A stretch of 64,000 nucleotides of DNA. It comes from Patescibacteria group bacterium UBA1388 (GTDB taxonomy: Bacteria > Patescibacteriota > Microgenomatia > UBA1400 > PJMF01). Within the stretch, counting starts at the first letter, position 1. Every line of letters begins with the position of its first letter. The notes below the pieces were generated by a model. It made no database searches and had not been told where the DNA came from. It saw only the letters and a program-made list of their open reading frames with translations. The position numbers and the translations under genes were made by a program. Shown piece after piece: positions 47,881 to 57,178 of this stretch. The stretch is from NCBI GenBank assembly GCA_002305355.1, contig DBQS01000036.1, positions 15,612-79,611 on the forward strand, read 5' to 3'.

Positions 47881-48857
47881 TGACCAAATATTGGGATTTG
47901 AAAGCAACGTTGCTTGAAAAAATTAAGGCGCGTGGCGGTTGGACCAACTGCCACGCGCACCTTGATCGCGCATATACCATCACCAAAAAAAACTTTGCGC
48001 TCAGCAACAAATTGAGAGGTGAAAAATGGCAACTCAATCGTGAGTTGAGACAGCGCTCAACAGTGAATCAAATTTATGACCGGATGGCAATGGCGATAGA
48101 GGTGCTGCTTGCTCAGGGCGTGACTGCTATCGGTTCTTTTATTGATGTTGATGATGACGTCAAAGACAAGGCTATTCAGGCCGCTATCAAAATTCGAGAC
48201 AAATATCAGGCTGATGTGACTATCAAGTACCTCAACCAATCTAGCTATGGTTTGTTTAATCAGGATAAAAAGGCCAGGGAGTGGTTTGATGTTGGCGCCG
48301 AATTTGTGGATATCATTGGTGGTTTGCTCAAAGCCGATGCGGGTAGAGAAGAGGAACATTTGGACATTTTATTGGCAACCGCCAAACGGATGGGTAAAAT
48401 GGTGCACGTCCATGTAGATGAAATTAATTTGCCCGAAGAACATGAGACTGAAATGCTGGCGAAGAAAACAATTGAACATGGCATGGAGGGAAGAGTGGCG
48501 GGGATTCATGGCATTTCGATTAACGCTCGGCCGCAGGCCGAGCGGGAGAAGATCTACAAACTGATCAACAAGGCGCAAATAATGTTTATTTCTTGTCCCG
48601 TTTCTTGGTTAAATTCCAGTCGCAGTGAAAAACTGTCACCCATCCACAACCCACTCACGCCAGTTGACGAAATGTTGGCGCACGATATTACGGTTGGGAT
48701 CGGGGTAGATAACATTGCCGATATTTTTATGCCTTTCAATAATGCCGATTTATGGCTTGATTTACGGGTTTTATTGGAGGCTGCACGTCTTCACGATCTT
48801 GATGTGCTCGCAAAAATTGCTTCTACCAACGGTAGGAAAATTTTAGGGATTAAATAA
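47877..48857 (+). CDS. Metal-dependent amidohydrolase, cytosine/creatinine deaminase-like
   Basis: NCHAHLD, HVHVDE, GIHG, CPVS, GVDNIAD; ATGA overlap with argG. Confidence 0.82.
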   Translation: MMTKYWDLKATLLEKIKARGGWTNCHAHLDRAYTITKKNFALSNKLRGEKWQLNRELRQRSTVNQIYDRMAMAIEVLLAQGVTAIGSFIDVDDDVKDKAIQAAIKIRDKYQADVTIKYLNQSSYGLFNQDKKAREWFDVGAEFVDIIGGLLKADAGREEEHLDILLATAKRMGKMVHVHVDEINLPEEHETEMLAKKTIEHGMEGRVAGIHGISINARPQAEREKIYKLINKAQIMFISCPVSWLNSSRSEKLSPIHNPLTPVDEMLAHDITVGIGVDNIADIFMPFNNADLWLDLRVLLEAARLHDLDVLAKIASTNGRKILGIK

Positions 48858-48976
48858 TTTTAGGGACAAAATAATGGATTGTTTAACATTGGCCGCACTG
48901 GATGATTGATAGAGAATTTGCTGATTAGATTTGACTTGCTGCTGACATCTACGACAAATACTTGTACCATAAGCGC

Positions 48977-49588
48977 ATGCTAAAATTGCCGAGAGCCGTT
49001 CGTGAACTCACAGAATCATTTGAAAAATTACCGGGCATCGGGCCAAAATCAGCCCAGCGCTTGTCTTTTTATCTGCTTCATTATCCTGAGCACCGGCTAG
49101 AGGAATTTGCGGCTCGATTGGTGGCCCTCAAAAAGAAAACTGTACTGTGTCAGCAGTGTCACAATGTGAGTGAGCACGACCCCTGCAGCATTTGCAGTGA
49201 TCAGACACGAGATAAAACTAAACTTTGTGTGGTTGAGCAGCCATTGGATGTGATTGCGCTTGAAAATTCAAACTCTTATGACGGCTTGTATCACGTTTTG
49301 CACGGTTCTATCGCGCCTTTAAATAACATTGGCCCCGAACAATTATTTTTGCATGATATTTCTCAACGGCTAGAGGGCGTGGAGGAACTCATTTTGGCTA
49401 CCAACCCGACGATGGAAGGTGAAGCTACTTCACTTTACATTGTTGAGTATCTGAAGGATGCCGGGATAGATTTGGAAAAACTTGCCATTACCCGCATTGG
49501 TCATGGTTTACCGATCGGGGCGGACATCGAGTACGCCGATGGAGTAACTTTACGCCGGGCTCTTGAGGGTCGCAAGCAAGTTACTTAA
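48977..49588 (+). CDS. recR: Recombination mediator RecR
   Basis: LPGIGPKSAQRL, CxxC..CxxC, ELILATNPTMEGEAT, GLPIGADIEYAD. Confidence 0.96.
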   Translation: MLKLPRAVRELTESFEKLPGIGPKSAQRLSFYLLHYPEHRLEEFAARLVALKKKTVLCQQCHNVSEHDPCSICSDQTRDKTKLCVVEQPLDVIALENSNSYDGLYHVLHGSIAPLNNIGPEQLFLHDISQRLEGVEELILATNPTMEGEATSLYIVEYLKDAGIDLEKLAITRIGHGLPIGADIEYADGVTLRRALEGRKQVT

Positions 49589-49726
49589 GAATAAGTCTCA
49601 AATCTAGACAAACTTATCTTCAAGTGTAGACTAATGAGTAACAACTATTCTGTTGTACTAATTAATAAGTTGATTATCTATCTCAAGCGATAGTTAGACT
49701 ATTTAGAAGCTTTAAACCCCTGAATT

Positions 49727-50389
49727 ATGTCAATATATGGTAATACTTTCAAAAGACTCACTCCTTTATTAGTTTTCTTGATTGTGGTTATCAGTATAGT
49801 TGTTAGTTACAGATATACTTCACCAGGTTTGTTGGAATTTTCTCCTAAACAAAAAAGCAGCAACACTAGTCGTTTGATTGAAGGGAACTATGAGGACATC
49901 ATTTTTTCAGATTATGCCGATGCTGAGTTTGGCATTTCATTTGAATACCCATCTTCCTGGTCAATTCGCAAAAATATCTATCATGAAGAGAGTCTACGTG
50001 AGCTTGAGATAGCGTCTAAACAAGGCTATATAACAATTGAAAAGTTAACCCAAACGGAGGAGTTAACTCCAAGCCAGTGGTTTGAAAATAATCGTGAAAA
50101 CTACTCTGACTTGATGGCTGAAGTTGGAGAAGTAAAGATTGGAGGAAAGCCAACATTGCTGATTGCGCAAGCTGGAACATGTCGAACAGCTCCGCTGCTG
50201 GCAGCAATTATTAGCTTTGATAATCGGATCCTACTCATCTCTCACTACGAGCTAGCCTCAAGACCCTCCGCACCTGAGTTTGGTCATCTGTTGGAAACCC
50301 TTTCATTTAGAGCACCTCCCGGCAACACATCACTTCCAACTGTTTATTTTGAGTTTCCTCAACCACCCTCTGACTTAGTTTGCCCATAG
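49727..50389 (+). CDS. Membrane-anchored PsbP-like domain protein
   Basis: N-terminal TM; YADAEFGISFEYPSSW; LETLSF. Confidence 0.6.
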   Translation: MSIYGNTFKRLTPLLVFLIVVISIVVSYRYTSPGLLEFSPKQKSSNTSRLIEGNYEDIIFSDYADAEFGISFEYPSSWSIRKNIYHEESLRELEIASKQGYITIEKLTQTEELTPSQWFENNRENYSDLMAEVGEVKIGGKPTLLIAQAGTCRTAPLLAAIISFDNRILLISHYELASRPSAPEFGHLLETLSFRAPPGNTSLPTVYFEFPQPPSDLVCP

Positions 50390-50504
50390 ATTCTTATAGA
50401 ATTAGTAACCACGATTATCGAAGAAGCTAATATACATTTATATCCGTAAAGCACCATTTTTTATCGCTAGTCAATCCACAGCTTGTTTGTTAGGATGCTT
50501 CAAA

Positions 50505-50562
50505 ATGAAGGTTGTGATAAATAAACAACAATTTTGACCACCAAGGGTAGGGTGGTTTTTTT
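50505..50562 (+). promoter_or_regulatory. 10-codon uORF overlapping an intrinsic terminator upstream of raiA
   Basis: TGTTAGGAT (-10) then ATG 50505 MKVVINKQQF* (stop 50535-37); GACCACC-loop-GGTGGTT-T5. Confidence 0.45.
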
Positions 50563-50672
50563 GTATTGGAGCTGAAGCGGTAAAAATAGAAACAAATTAT
50601 TTGATGAAAGGAGGGGATTTTTAATAAATCTTCATTCAAACGATAGTATTATCTCGTGAGAGAGGAGCCATT

Positions 50673-51014
50673 GTGACAGTTTTAGTTGAAGCAAAAAATA
50701 TTGAAGTAACCAGTGCCTTGAGAATGCATGTGGAAAGACAAGCTGAAAAATTGAAAAAAATTGGCAACAGGATTACAGATATCAGAGTGTTTTTAGAAAC
50801 AGTCCCCAAAAAAAATAATGATCCTCATTCAAATAAAGTCACTTTTAAAGTGAGTGTTCCAGGTAGAGACGTGGTCGTAATCAAGCAAGGCGTGGATATG
50901 TATGAAGCAATTGTGGAGGCAGCACGGGGCGCTTTCCGCAAAGTGCGTAAAACCACAGAAAAAAGAACTACTAAGGCCCGGAAAGTAGATCGGGATGAGG
51001 TGATGATGGTATAG
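50673..51014 (+). CDS. raiA: Ribosome-associated translation inhibitor / hibernation factor RaiA (short HPF)
   Basis: AKNIEVTSALRMHVE...DMYEAI; GAGGAG SD. Confidence 0.88.
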   Translation: MTVLVEAKNIEVTSALRMHVERQAEKLKKIGNRITDIRVFLETVPKKNNDPHSNKVTFKVSVPGRDVVVIKQGVDMYEAIVEAARGAFRKVRKTTEKRTTKARKVDRDEVMMV

Positions 51015-51088
51015 CCTTTAACCAGAAAGTAATTGGATTTTAGTTTGCAAGCTTGAGATTTTTGTGGTGAGTCCCGAGTAAGAAATAG

Positions 51089-51541
51089 CTATCCTTGAGT
51101 CAAGCGAAGAGCGGGAACCCAATCCCAAGATGAGCCTTCTGGAAGCTGAGGATAGTGGATGAGACCGGTTGGGCTGACTTGAGTGAGACTAGCCGCATGG
51201 AGCAGAAAATCCGGGTGTTCACGATATGTCGACAAATAGAGGCCAAGTAGACGGAGCTCAGTTTCACGGTCGGTGGTTTTCTTGTGCTGGATGATGGCAA
51301 GAGTCCCACAAATCTCTCGGGCTACTCGAATAAGCAGTTCTGCATAAACGTTCGGCGGCATGTTCCTCACATCAACAGTGGGGGGAGAAGACCAGCGATG
51401 ATAGCTTTTACCATCTTCGCCCAACATCCAAACGGATCCATCAAACTGGACGTACTGCAGCGCCTCATGAAGAAGGTCAATCGCCGCGCCGCTTTCTGGC
51501 GAATTTTCTTTGGGATACTGAGATTGTTCGGGGTTGGACAT
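51089..51541 (-). CDS. Hypothetical protein
   Basis: 150 aa, ATG with AAGGAG SD. Confidence 0.6.
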   Translation of the reverse strand: MSNPEQSQYPKENSPESGAAIDLLHEALQYVQFDGSVWMLGEDGKSYHRWSSPPTVDVRNMPPNVYAELLIRVAREICGTLAIIQHKKTTDRETELRLLGLYLSTYREHPDFLLHAASLTQVSPTGLIHYPQLPEGSSWDWVPALRLTQG

Positions 51542-51685
51542 CGCTGACTCCTTTTTGGACTTGTCCTGATCATACCAGGTCGATCAACTAAAGGGAAAGT
51601 GAGTTTTTGTGAAAAAGATAGGAAGTGTGGAGAAAAAATGTGTAAGCATTGATTTTAAGAGTTATTCCAAGTAGGCTTAGGGGAT

Positions 51686-52447
51686 ATGACAGATCAACCT
51701 CGAAATGTTCAAACTGCTTCCATAGATCCTAATGCGGACACCCCAGCACCAGCAGGCAGCGTAGATCAGGTGATGAATCAGCCATTAACTCAGGTGAGTG
51801 ATGATGCTACTGATCAATCAGCTGATCCTTCACTAAGTCAGGCAAATGATATTGTGCTTGGGCAAACAATGACAAATGCGCAAGACGAAAATCCTCAATT
51901 GGCAGAAAACCCTGCCGAAGGACAAACTGGGGAAAGTAGTCTGGTAAAAGATCAATCTGTGGAAAATCGACCGAGTAATGACCAATTGGGTGATAACCAA
52001 CCGAGTGATGACCAACGGGCAGACGCTCAACCGGCAAATTCTCAACCAGCAGACGATCAACCAGATGACGATCCGCTTGCTAGGCTGGATGAGTTATTAG
52101 CGAAGGCAAAAGCCAAAAGAAGCAGCGCTCCAAGTGGCAATCGTCAAATTAACGCAGTTGAGGATGACAAACAATCTTCTACAGAAGAGGCTGCACATGA
52201 ATTGGCACAAAAAGCCTTGAAGGAAGAAGAGGCGAAGCAGGCGGAAATCATGGCGCAACAAGCTGAACAACAAAGACAAGCTCAACTTGCAGCTCAACAA
52301 GCAAAAATGGCCGAGTTGGAGGAAACTGATCAATTTAAAGCGAGAGTGCAGCAGGGAGAGGGTAAGAAAGCGGCAGAAACGCAATTGGCTCAAGAACACG
52401 CTGGTCACGATATTTTGCAGGTGACGGAAATGAAAGTGACTAAGTAA
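51686..52447 (+). CDS. Hypothetical low-complexity/coiled-coil protein
   Basis: D/Q/P-rich N-terminus with 5-aa repeats, then a Q/E/A coiled coil. Confidence 0.7.
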   Translation: MTDQPRNVQTASIDPNADTPAPAGSVDQVMNQPLTQVSDDATDQSADPSLSQANDIVLGQTMTNAQDENPQLAENPAEGQTGESSLVKDQSVENRPSNDQLGDNQPSDDQRADAQPANSQPADDQPDDDPLARLDELLAKAKAKRSSAPSGNRQINAVEDDKQSSTEEAAHELAQKALKEEEAKQAEIMAQQAEQQRQAQLAAQQAKMAELEETDQFKARVQQGEGKKAAETQLAQEHAGHDILQVTEMKVTK

Positions 52448-52602
52448 GTTAGCGAATATGTAATGCTTGAGAATTGGGGGGATAGAGATCAAATGTTGGC
52501 GTATTTGGTGGTCGTGTGTTGATCATGACGAGAAAAAGCGCAACGAGCTAAAAAAAGTTGCAAGAATGTCAATTTATTTGATAATCAAAGAGGGGGAAAG
52601 CG

Positions 52603-53250
52603 ATGATGGGAGGTAAATCGGGTTCTAGCGTCAGGACACGACCAAGTGGTGGTATGAATCAAGGTATGGGTCAGTTTGGAGAGCATCTGGACGAAGCGGC
52701 AATGGAGCAAGCAATTGCTCAAAAAGCAGCTGGGCAGGCAGGCGCCAGCGCGAAACCTGGTTCAGCTGCTAATTCTAAGTTGCCGCCGAGTAGTGTCTCT
52801 CACCAACAACAATCACCATTAGATGCGCTGGCGCCCTCAGAGCTTAAAAAATCCTTTGTAAAATCCGCCGAAGAATTATCCAAAGGTTTTATCGATCAAT
52901 TCTTGCTCGCATCTGGCTTAGATTTTCTAGGAATCGATTCTGGCAGCGAGATTGATCAGGAAGAAGCACAGCGTCTACAAATCATTGCTCGTAATTACCA
53001 GCAGCTCAATGAGGAGCAGCAGGCAGTAGTGCGGGCAAATTTTGAAAAAGAATTAGCACGTAAGCAAGCTGCTGAAGAAGAAGCTGAACGGCAGAAACAG
53101 AAAAAAATAGAAGCTCAAGCTGCCGAAGTGGCTATTCCTACATCTCCCAACAAAGGGCCAATCGGTCCGGCAGGCAATCGCAAACAGCAAGCTGCGGCGA
53201 AACTACAGTTAGGTCGCCAAACCCTAGGCTCGCCCCAAAGCGCCAACTAA
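52603..53250 (+). CDS. Hypothetical coiled-coil protein
   Basis: GAGGGGG SD; E/K/Q-rich helix. Confidence 0.7.
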   Translation: MMGGKSGSSVRTRPSGGMNQGMGQFGEHLDEAAMEQAIAQKAAGQAGASAKPGSAANSKLPPSSVSHQQQSPLDALAPSELKKSFVKSAEELSKGFIDQFLLASGLDFLGIDSGSEIDQEEAQRLQIIARNYQQLNEEQQAVVRANFEKELARKQAAEEEAERQKQKKIEAQAAEVAIPTSPNKGPIGPAGNRKQQAAAKLQLGRQTLGSPQSAN

Positions 53251-53342
53251 TTATATTCGATGGTTAAAAATGCTTGGTCAACCAGGGCATACTAGCGTTG
53301 ATATTGGTAATGTTGTACAGATTTTGAGTTTAGTTCACAAGA

Positions 53343-53842
53343 TCATGAATTTTCGTCAACACTTGAGTCAACGCTTTTTGGTTTGAAAAAAACAGCCATA
53401 TTGCTTAGTCTTGCTGCCAAATCCTGTGCTGTTTTTGGTAAATTTGGATTCCAACCAGCAATTGGAGTATTTTGTTGATGTTCTTCAACTGTTTTTAAGA
53501 AATCATTCATGGTAATGAACAGCTCGTTTGCCTTTTGTATCATCGATCGGTTTGGCCAAAGCACTTCCAGGTTTTGGTTTTGACGCGGTAGCTGCTCGTT
53601 GTCTTTATTGGCGGTATGAGTGAAATCTTGAGGTGAAGTTGTGGCGATGAAAGGGGTGGTTTTTCAACCATGAGGAGCGATAAAGCAACACTAATTGAAC
53701 CATCAACAAATTCTAATTCAAATAACGCTTCTTTACTAAGTTTTTCTTGTGATTCCTGTGGCTCACGCTTCAATTCTGAAATAAGCAAACTACGATTGTC
53801 AGCTTGCTCACTGTTTAATGACATAGACTCAAATTGTATCAA
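53343..53842 (-). pseudogene. Hypothetical gene split by a single frameshift
   Basis: Two overlapping minus-strand ORFs. The second frame is open back to GAAAAAC at about 53660. Confidence 0.45.
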
Positions 53843-53925
53843 AAAGATTTAATTTACAATACTAGCGGTCGGATGTATGGTAGGAGGCAATTATTTATGA
53901 ATGAGTTTCAAGAAAGAAGAACACC

Positions 53926-54648
53926 ATGAGAACTAGCACATTTTGGATAGGTAGCCTAATCTTGGTTGCTATTATTTCTTTAGCCTCCAACCTGGTGCGT
54001 TGGGGAACTTTAACTATTCAGCCAAACGCCACAATCAGCGTCACCGGCAGCGCAGAAAAACAAGAATCAAATCAGGTCGCCCAATTTTATGCTGGTATGA
54101 GTGCAGTCAATGATGACAAGCAAACCGCAATTGATGAAGTCAACCAACAAATGGAAGTCGCTATTGAGCGAGTCAAGGAATTTGGAATTCCTGCAGAGGA
54201 TATTAAAACCCAAAACTTGAGTGTTTATCAGGATCAGGAATCGGTAACGATTGATGGCAGGCAACGCACTCAACCCGGTCAATGGCGGGCCAATAACTCG
54301 ATCCAGATTAAACTTCGCAATGTTGATCAGACTTCTGATTTGATGGCGGTGCTCACCGAAAGTGGATTGACCGATATTTCTGGTCCTAATTTTACTCTGG
54401 ATGACAGCAAGGAGTCTGAAGCAGAACTCATTAATTTAGCAGTTGATAATGCTCAAGATAAGGCGGCACAAGTGGCTGCAGCGCAAGGAAAAACACTTGG
54501 TGAGGTGTTAAGTATTTCAGAGGGTGGAGTGGCTAGCTCTCCGATGTATGCCTCAAGAATGTTTGAAGGTTATGGTGGTGGTGCTCCAGTTGAACCTGGC
54601 ACCAGTACTGTGCGCGCATCAGTCAATGTTATTTTTGAATTGAAATAA
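53926..54648 (+). CDS. SIMPL domain (DUF541) protein
   Basis: TISVTGSA, DIKTQNLSV, AVDNAQDKA, VEPGTSTVRASVNVIFEL. Confidence 0.9.
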   Translation: MRTSTFWIGSLILVAIISLASNLVRWGTLTIQPNATISVTGSAEKQESNQVAQFYAGMSAVNDDKQTAIDEVNQQMEVAIERVKEFGIPAEDIKTQNLSVYQDQESVTIDGRQRTQPGQWRANNSIQIKLRNVDQTSDLMAVLTESGLTDISGPNFTLDDSKESEAELINLAVDNAQDKAAQVAAAQGKTLGEVLSISEGGVASSPMYASRMFEGYGGGAPVEPGTSTVRASVNVIFELK

Positions 54649-54740
54649 GGAATGGTCGGCATATTCATCGACTATTTGTTGACAAGATATCGACCGATTA
54701 TTGACTAATTTTCGATGGAAAGATTCCCAGATTATTGGAG

Positions 54741-55085
54741 TTAAGAACTACTATGATCCTGCCCAAAAACTAAGACCAATTCTTCAATCGTATCAGCTGC
54801 TGAAAAGGGATTATGGCGAATGTCCCACTCAATTTCAGACCCTGATAAGAGAGTTGAGAATAATGATGATTCAGGCGGCAGTTTAAGGTAGGACAGCTCA
54901 CAAAGAGCAGACAGATCATCTACCGATACTCTTCCTTCAATATAGTCTGAAATGATGAGATGAAAAAGTTGATGAGTCTCTGTATTTGACCAAGTTTTTT
55001 GATCAGGATTAATGCCAACCTCGTCACAATACTTGGTCAGCAATTTCTTCAATCTGGCAATTTCTGGGTTAATCTCGTTGGTCAT
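54741..55085 (-). CDS. Hypothetical protein
   Basis: 114-aa ORF with ATG filling the intergenic gap. Confidence 0.55.
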   Translation of the reverse strand: MTNEINPEIARLKKLLTKYCDEVGINPDQKTWSNTETHQLFHLIISDYIEGRVSVDDLSALCELSYLKLPPESSLFSTLLSGSEIEWDIRHNPFSAADTIEELVLVFGQDHSSS

Positions 55086-55211
55086 GTAAAAATGAATTTA
55101 GCTAGAATTATTAATGTTACGCAGTATGAAGCTGCTGATCTGATTATTCAAGAATGTGGACGTGAACAAAGTCGGCTGATTTCAAGTGTCTGATGTACAA
55201 TAAGTGATAAG

Positions 55212-56681
55212 ATGCGTTTATACAATACACTTTCCAGGCAAATTGAAGAATTTCAACCGCTCAGTCAAAATGAAGTCGGATTATATGCGTGTGGTTTTAC
55301 TGTTTATGACTACACTCACTTAGGCCATTTGCGCCGATACACAATGGATGATGTCTTGATTAAAACACTACGTCATGCCGGTTACAAAGTGAAATTTGTG
55401 CAAAATGTGACTGATGTGGGACATCTTTCATCAGACGCCGATACTGGAGAAGACAAGCTTGAAAAGGGTGCTAAAAAGTACCATCAATCGGTTTGGGAAA
55501 TAGCAAAAAAATTTGAAGACTATTATTGGCGAAGCATGGACTTGATGGGTAATTTTAAGCCAGACATCAGTTGCAAAGCTACTGAGCACATTGAAGCTCA
55601 AATCGATTTGGTAAGTGAGCTAGAAAAAAATGGCATGACATATGTGATTGAGGGAGATGGAGTTTATTTTGATACCAGCAAAATTGATGATTACGGTAAG
55701 TTAGCACAGTTGCAACTTGCTGGCCAACAAGTTGGTGCGCGATTAGAAGTAGTGCCTGGTAAAAAGAACCCGAGCGATTTTGCACTTTGGAAGTTTGAAA
55801 GACCAGGAGAAAATCGGCAAATGGTGTGGTCGAGTCCCTGGGCAGAGCGAGGATTTCCAGGTTGGCATGTAGAATGTAGTGCTATGGCAAGACAATACTT
55901 AGGAGACCAATTTGATATTCATACCGGTGGTATTGATCATATTCCGGTACATCACACCAATGAAATAGCGCAGTCTGAAGCGGTGACTGGTAAAAAACCA
56001 GTTGTGAAATATTGGGTACATCACAATTTCGTGCTCGTGAATGGTCAGAAGATGAGTAAATCTTTAGGAAATTTTTTTACGATTGATGATGTAATTAAAA
56101 AAGGATTCCATCCTCGCGCCTTGCGCTTGTTATTTTTAACCGCACATTACCGTTCGGAAATGAATTTTACTTGGCAGAATTTGGCTGGTGCGCAAAAAAC
56201 TTTTCACAAGCTGCTTGGATTAACAGTGCTGTATCGTAAGGAACAAGACAGATTGGCTTTGAGCGAAGAAAAAATGCAAAAAGTGGATAATTACCGAGCG
56301 CGCTTTTTTGCCGCGCTGGAGAATGATTTATCTACTCCTGAGGCAATGTCGGTCATGTGGGAAATGTTAAAGTCAAATATTCCCAGCAGCGACAAGTATG
56401 ATTTATTGATAGATTTTGATGAAGTTTTGGGCTTGGGTTTAAGACAAGCAGAACAGTTTTTAAGTGAAATTGCAGCGGCGGGTGAGGGGGGCGCTGTCAG
56501 TGGCTCAGATCGTGATTTATCACCAACAGTCAACAAATTACTTGAGGTACGGAAAGCTGCACGGGCAAGTCAGAATTGGCAGCTGGCCGATCAATTGAGA
56601 GGAGAACTTTCAGACCTAGGATTTGAGGTAGAAGATCAACCAGACGGATCACAGTTCTTGCGTCGAAAAAGTAGAACTTAA
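55212..56681 (+). CDS. cysS: Cysteine--tRNA ligase
   Basis: CGFTVY..HLGH, DFALWK, GWHVECSAM, HHTNE, KMSKS. Confidence 0.97.
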   Translation: MRLYNTLSRQIEEFQPLSQNEVGLYACGFTVYDYTHLGHLRRYTMDDVLIKTLRHAGYKVKFVQNVTDVGHLSSDADTGEDKLEKGAKKYHQSVWEIAKKFEDYYWRSMDLMGNFKPDISCKATEHIEAQIDLVSELEKNGMTYVIEGDGVYFDTSKIDDYGKLAQLQLAGQQVGARLEVVPGKKNPSDFALWKFERPGENRQMVWSSPWAERGFPGWHVECSAMARQYLGDQFDIHTGGIDHIPVHHTNEIAQSEAVTGKKPVVKYWVHHNFVLVNGQKMSKSLGNFFTIDDVIKKGFHPRALRLLFLTAHYRSEMNFTWQNLAGAQKTFHKLLGLTVLYRKEQDRLALSEEKMQKVDNYRARFFAALENDLSTPEAMSVMWEMLKSNIPSSDKYDLLIDFDEVLGLGLRQAEQFLSEIAAAGEGGAVSGSDRDLSPTVNKLLEVRKAARASQNWQLADQLRGELSDLGFEVEDQPDGSQFLRRKSRT

Positions 56682-56782
56682 AAGTTGACGAAAAATTAAT
56701 TAATCGAATATTTTGACCTAAATTTTAGTAGCATCTCGTTTTGGGTTATGTATAATAGGTGACGTATAAATTTCTAATTTTT

Positions 56783-56986
56783 ATGTCTAAAGATACTCCC
56801 AAACGAAAATTAATTATTCCTAAAGAAGGAAAAAAAATTGGTGGAGTAGCGATTGCTTTTGCCAATTACTTCAACATTGATGTGACCATTGTCCGCATCA
56901 TTTGGGTACTATTACTAATTCCTGGAGGATTGCCTGGTATTATTCCTTATTTGATTTGTTGGTTGATTATTCCTGAAGAAGAATAA
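56783..56986 (+). CDS. PspC domain protein
   Basis: KIGGVAIAFANYFNIDVTIVRII...YLICWLIIPEE. Confidence 0.88.
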   Translation: MSKDTPKRKLIIPKEGKKIGGVAIAFANYFNIDVTIVRIIWVLLLIPGGLPGIIPYLICWLIIPEEE

Positions 56987-57178
56987 GATTATTCAGGACA
57001 TGTTCAAACACTGTATCACAGTATAAGCTTCATGTTGGTGATTGGTGAGAAGAATTTTTTCAAGTTAATTATTTGTAACTTTTTGGATTTTTTCACCATT
57101 GACCATTGATTATTTAGCGATTGTAAACGCGAAAATTCTGTTACAATGTAACCGTTTTTGGCTCTAAAAAAGACAATT

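Noticed and set aside
50390-50672. raiA motif ncRNA upstream of raiA
   Set aside because: The region is AT-rich and shows only short hairpins, not a large multi-stem RNA.
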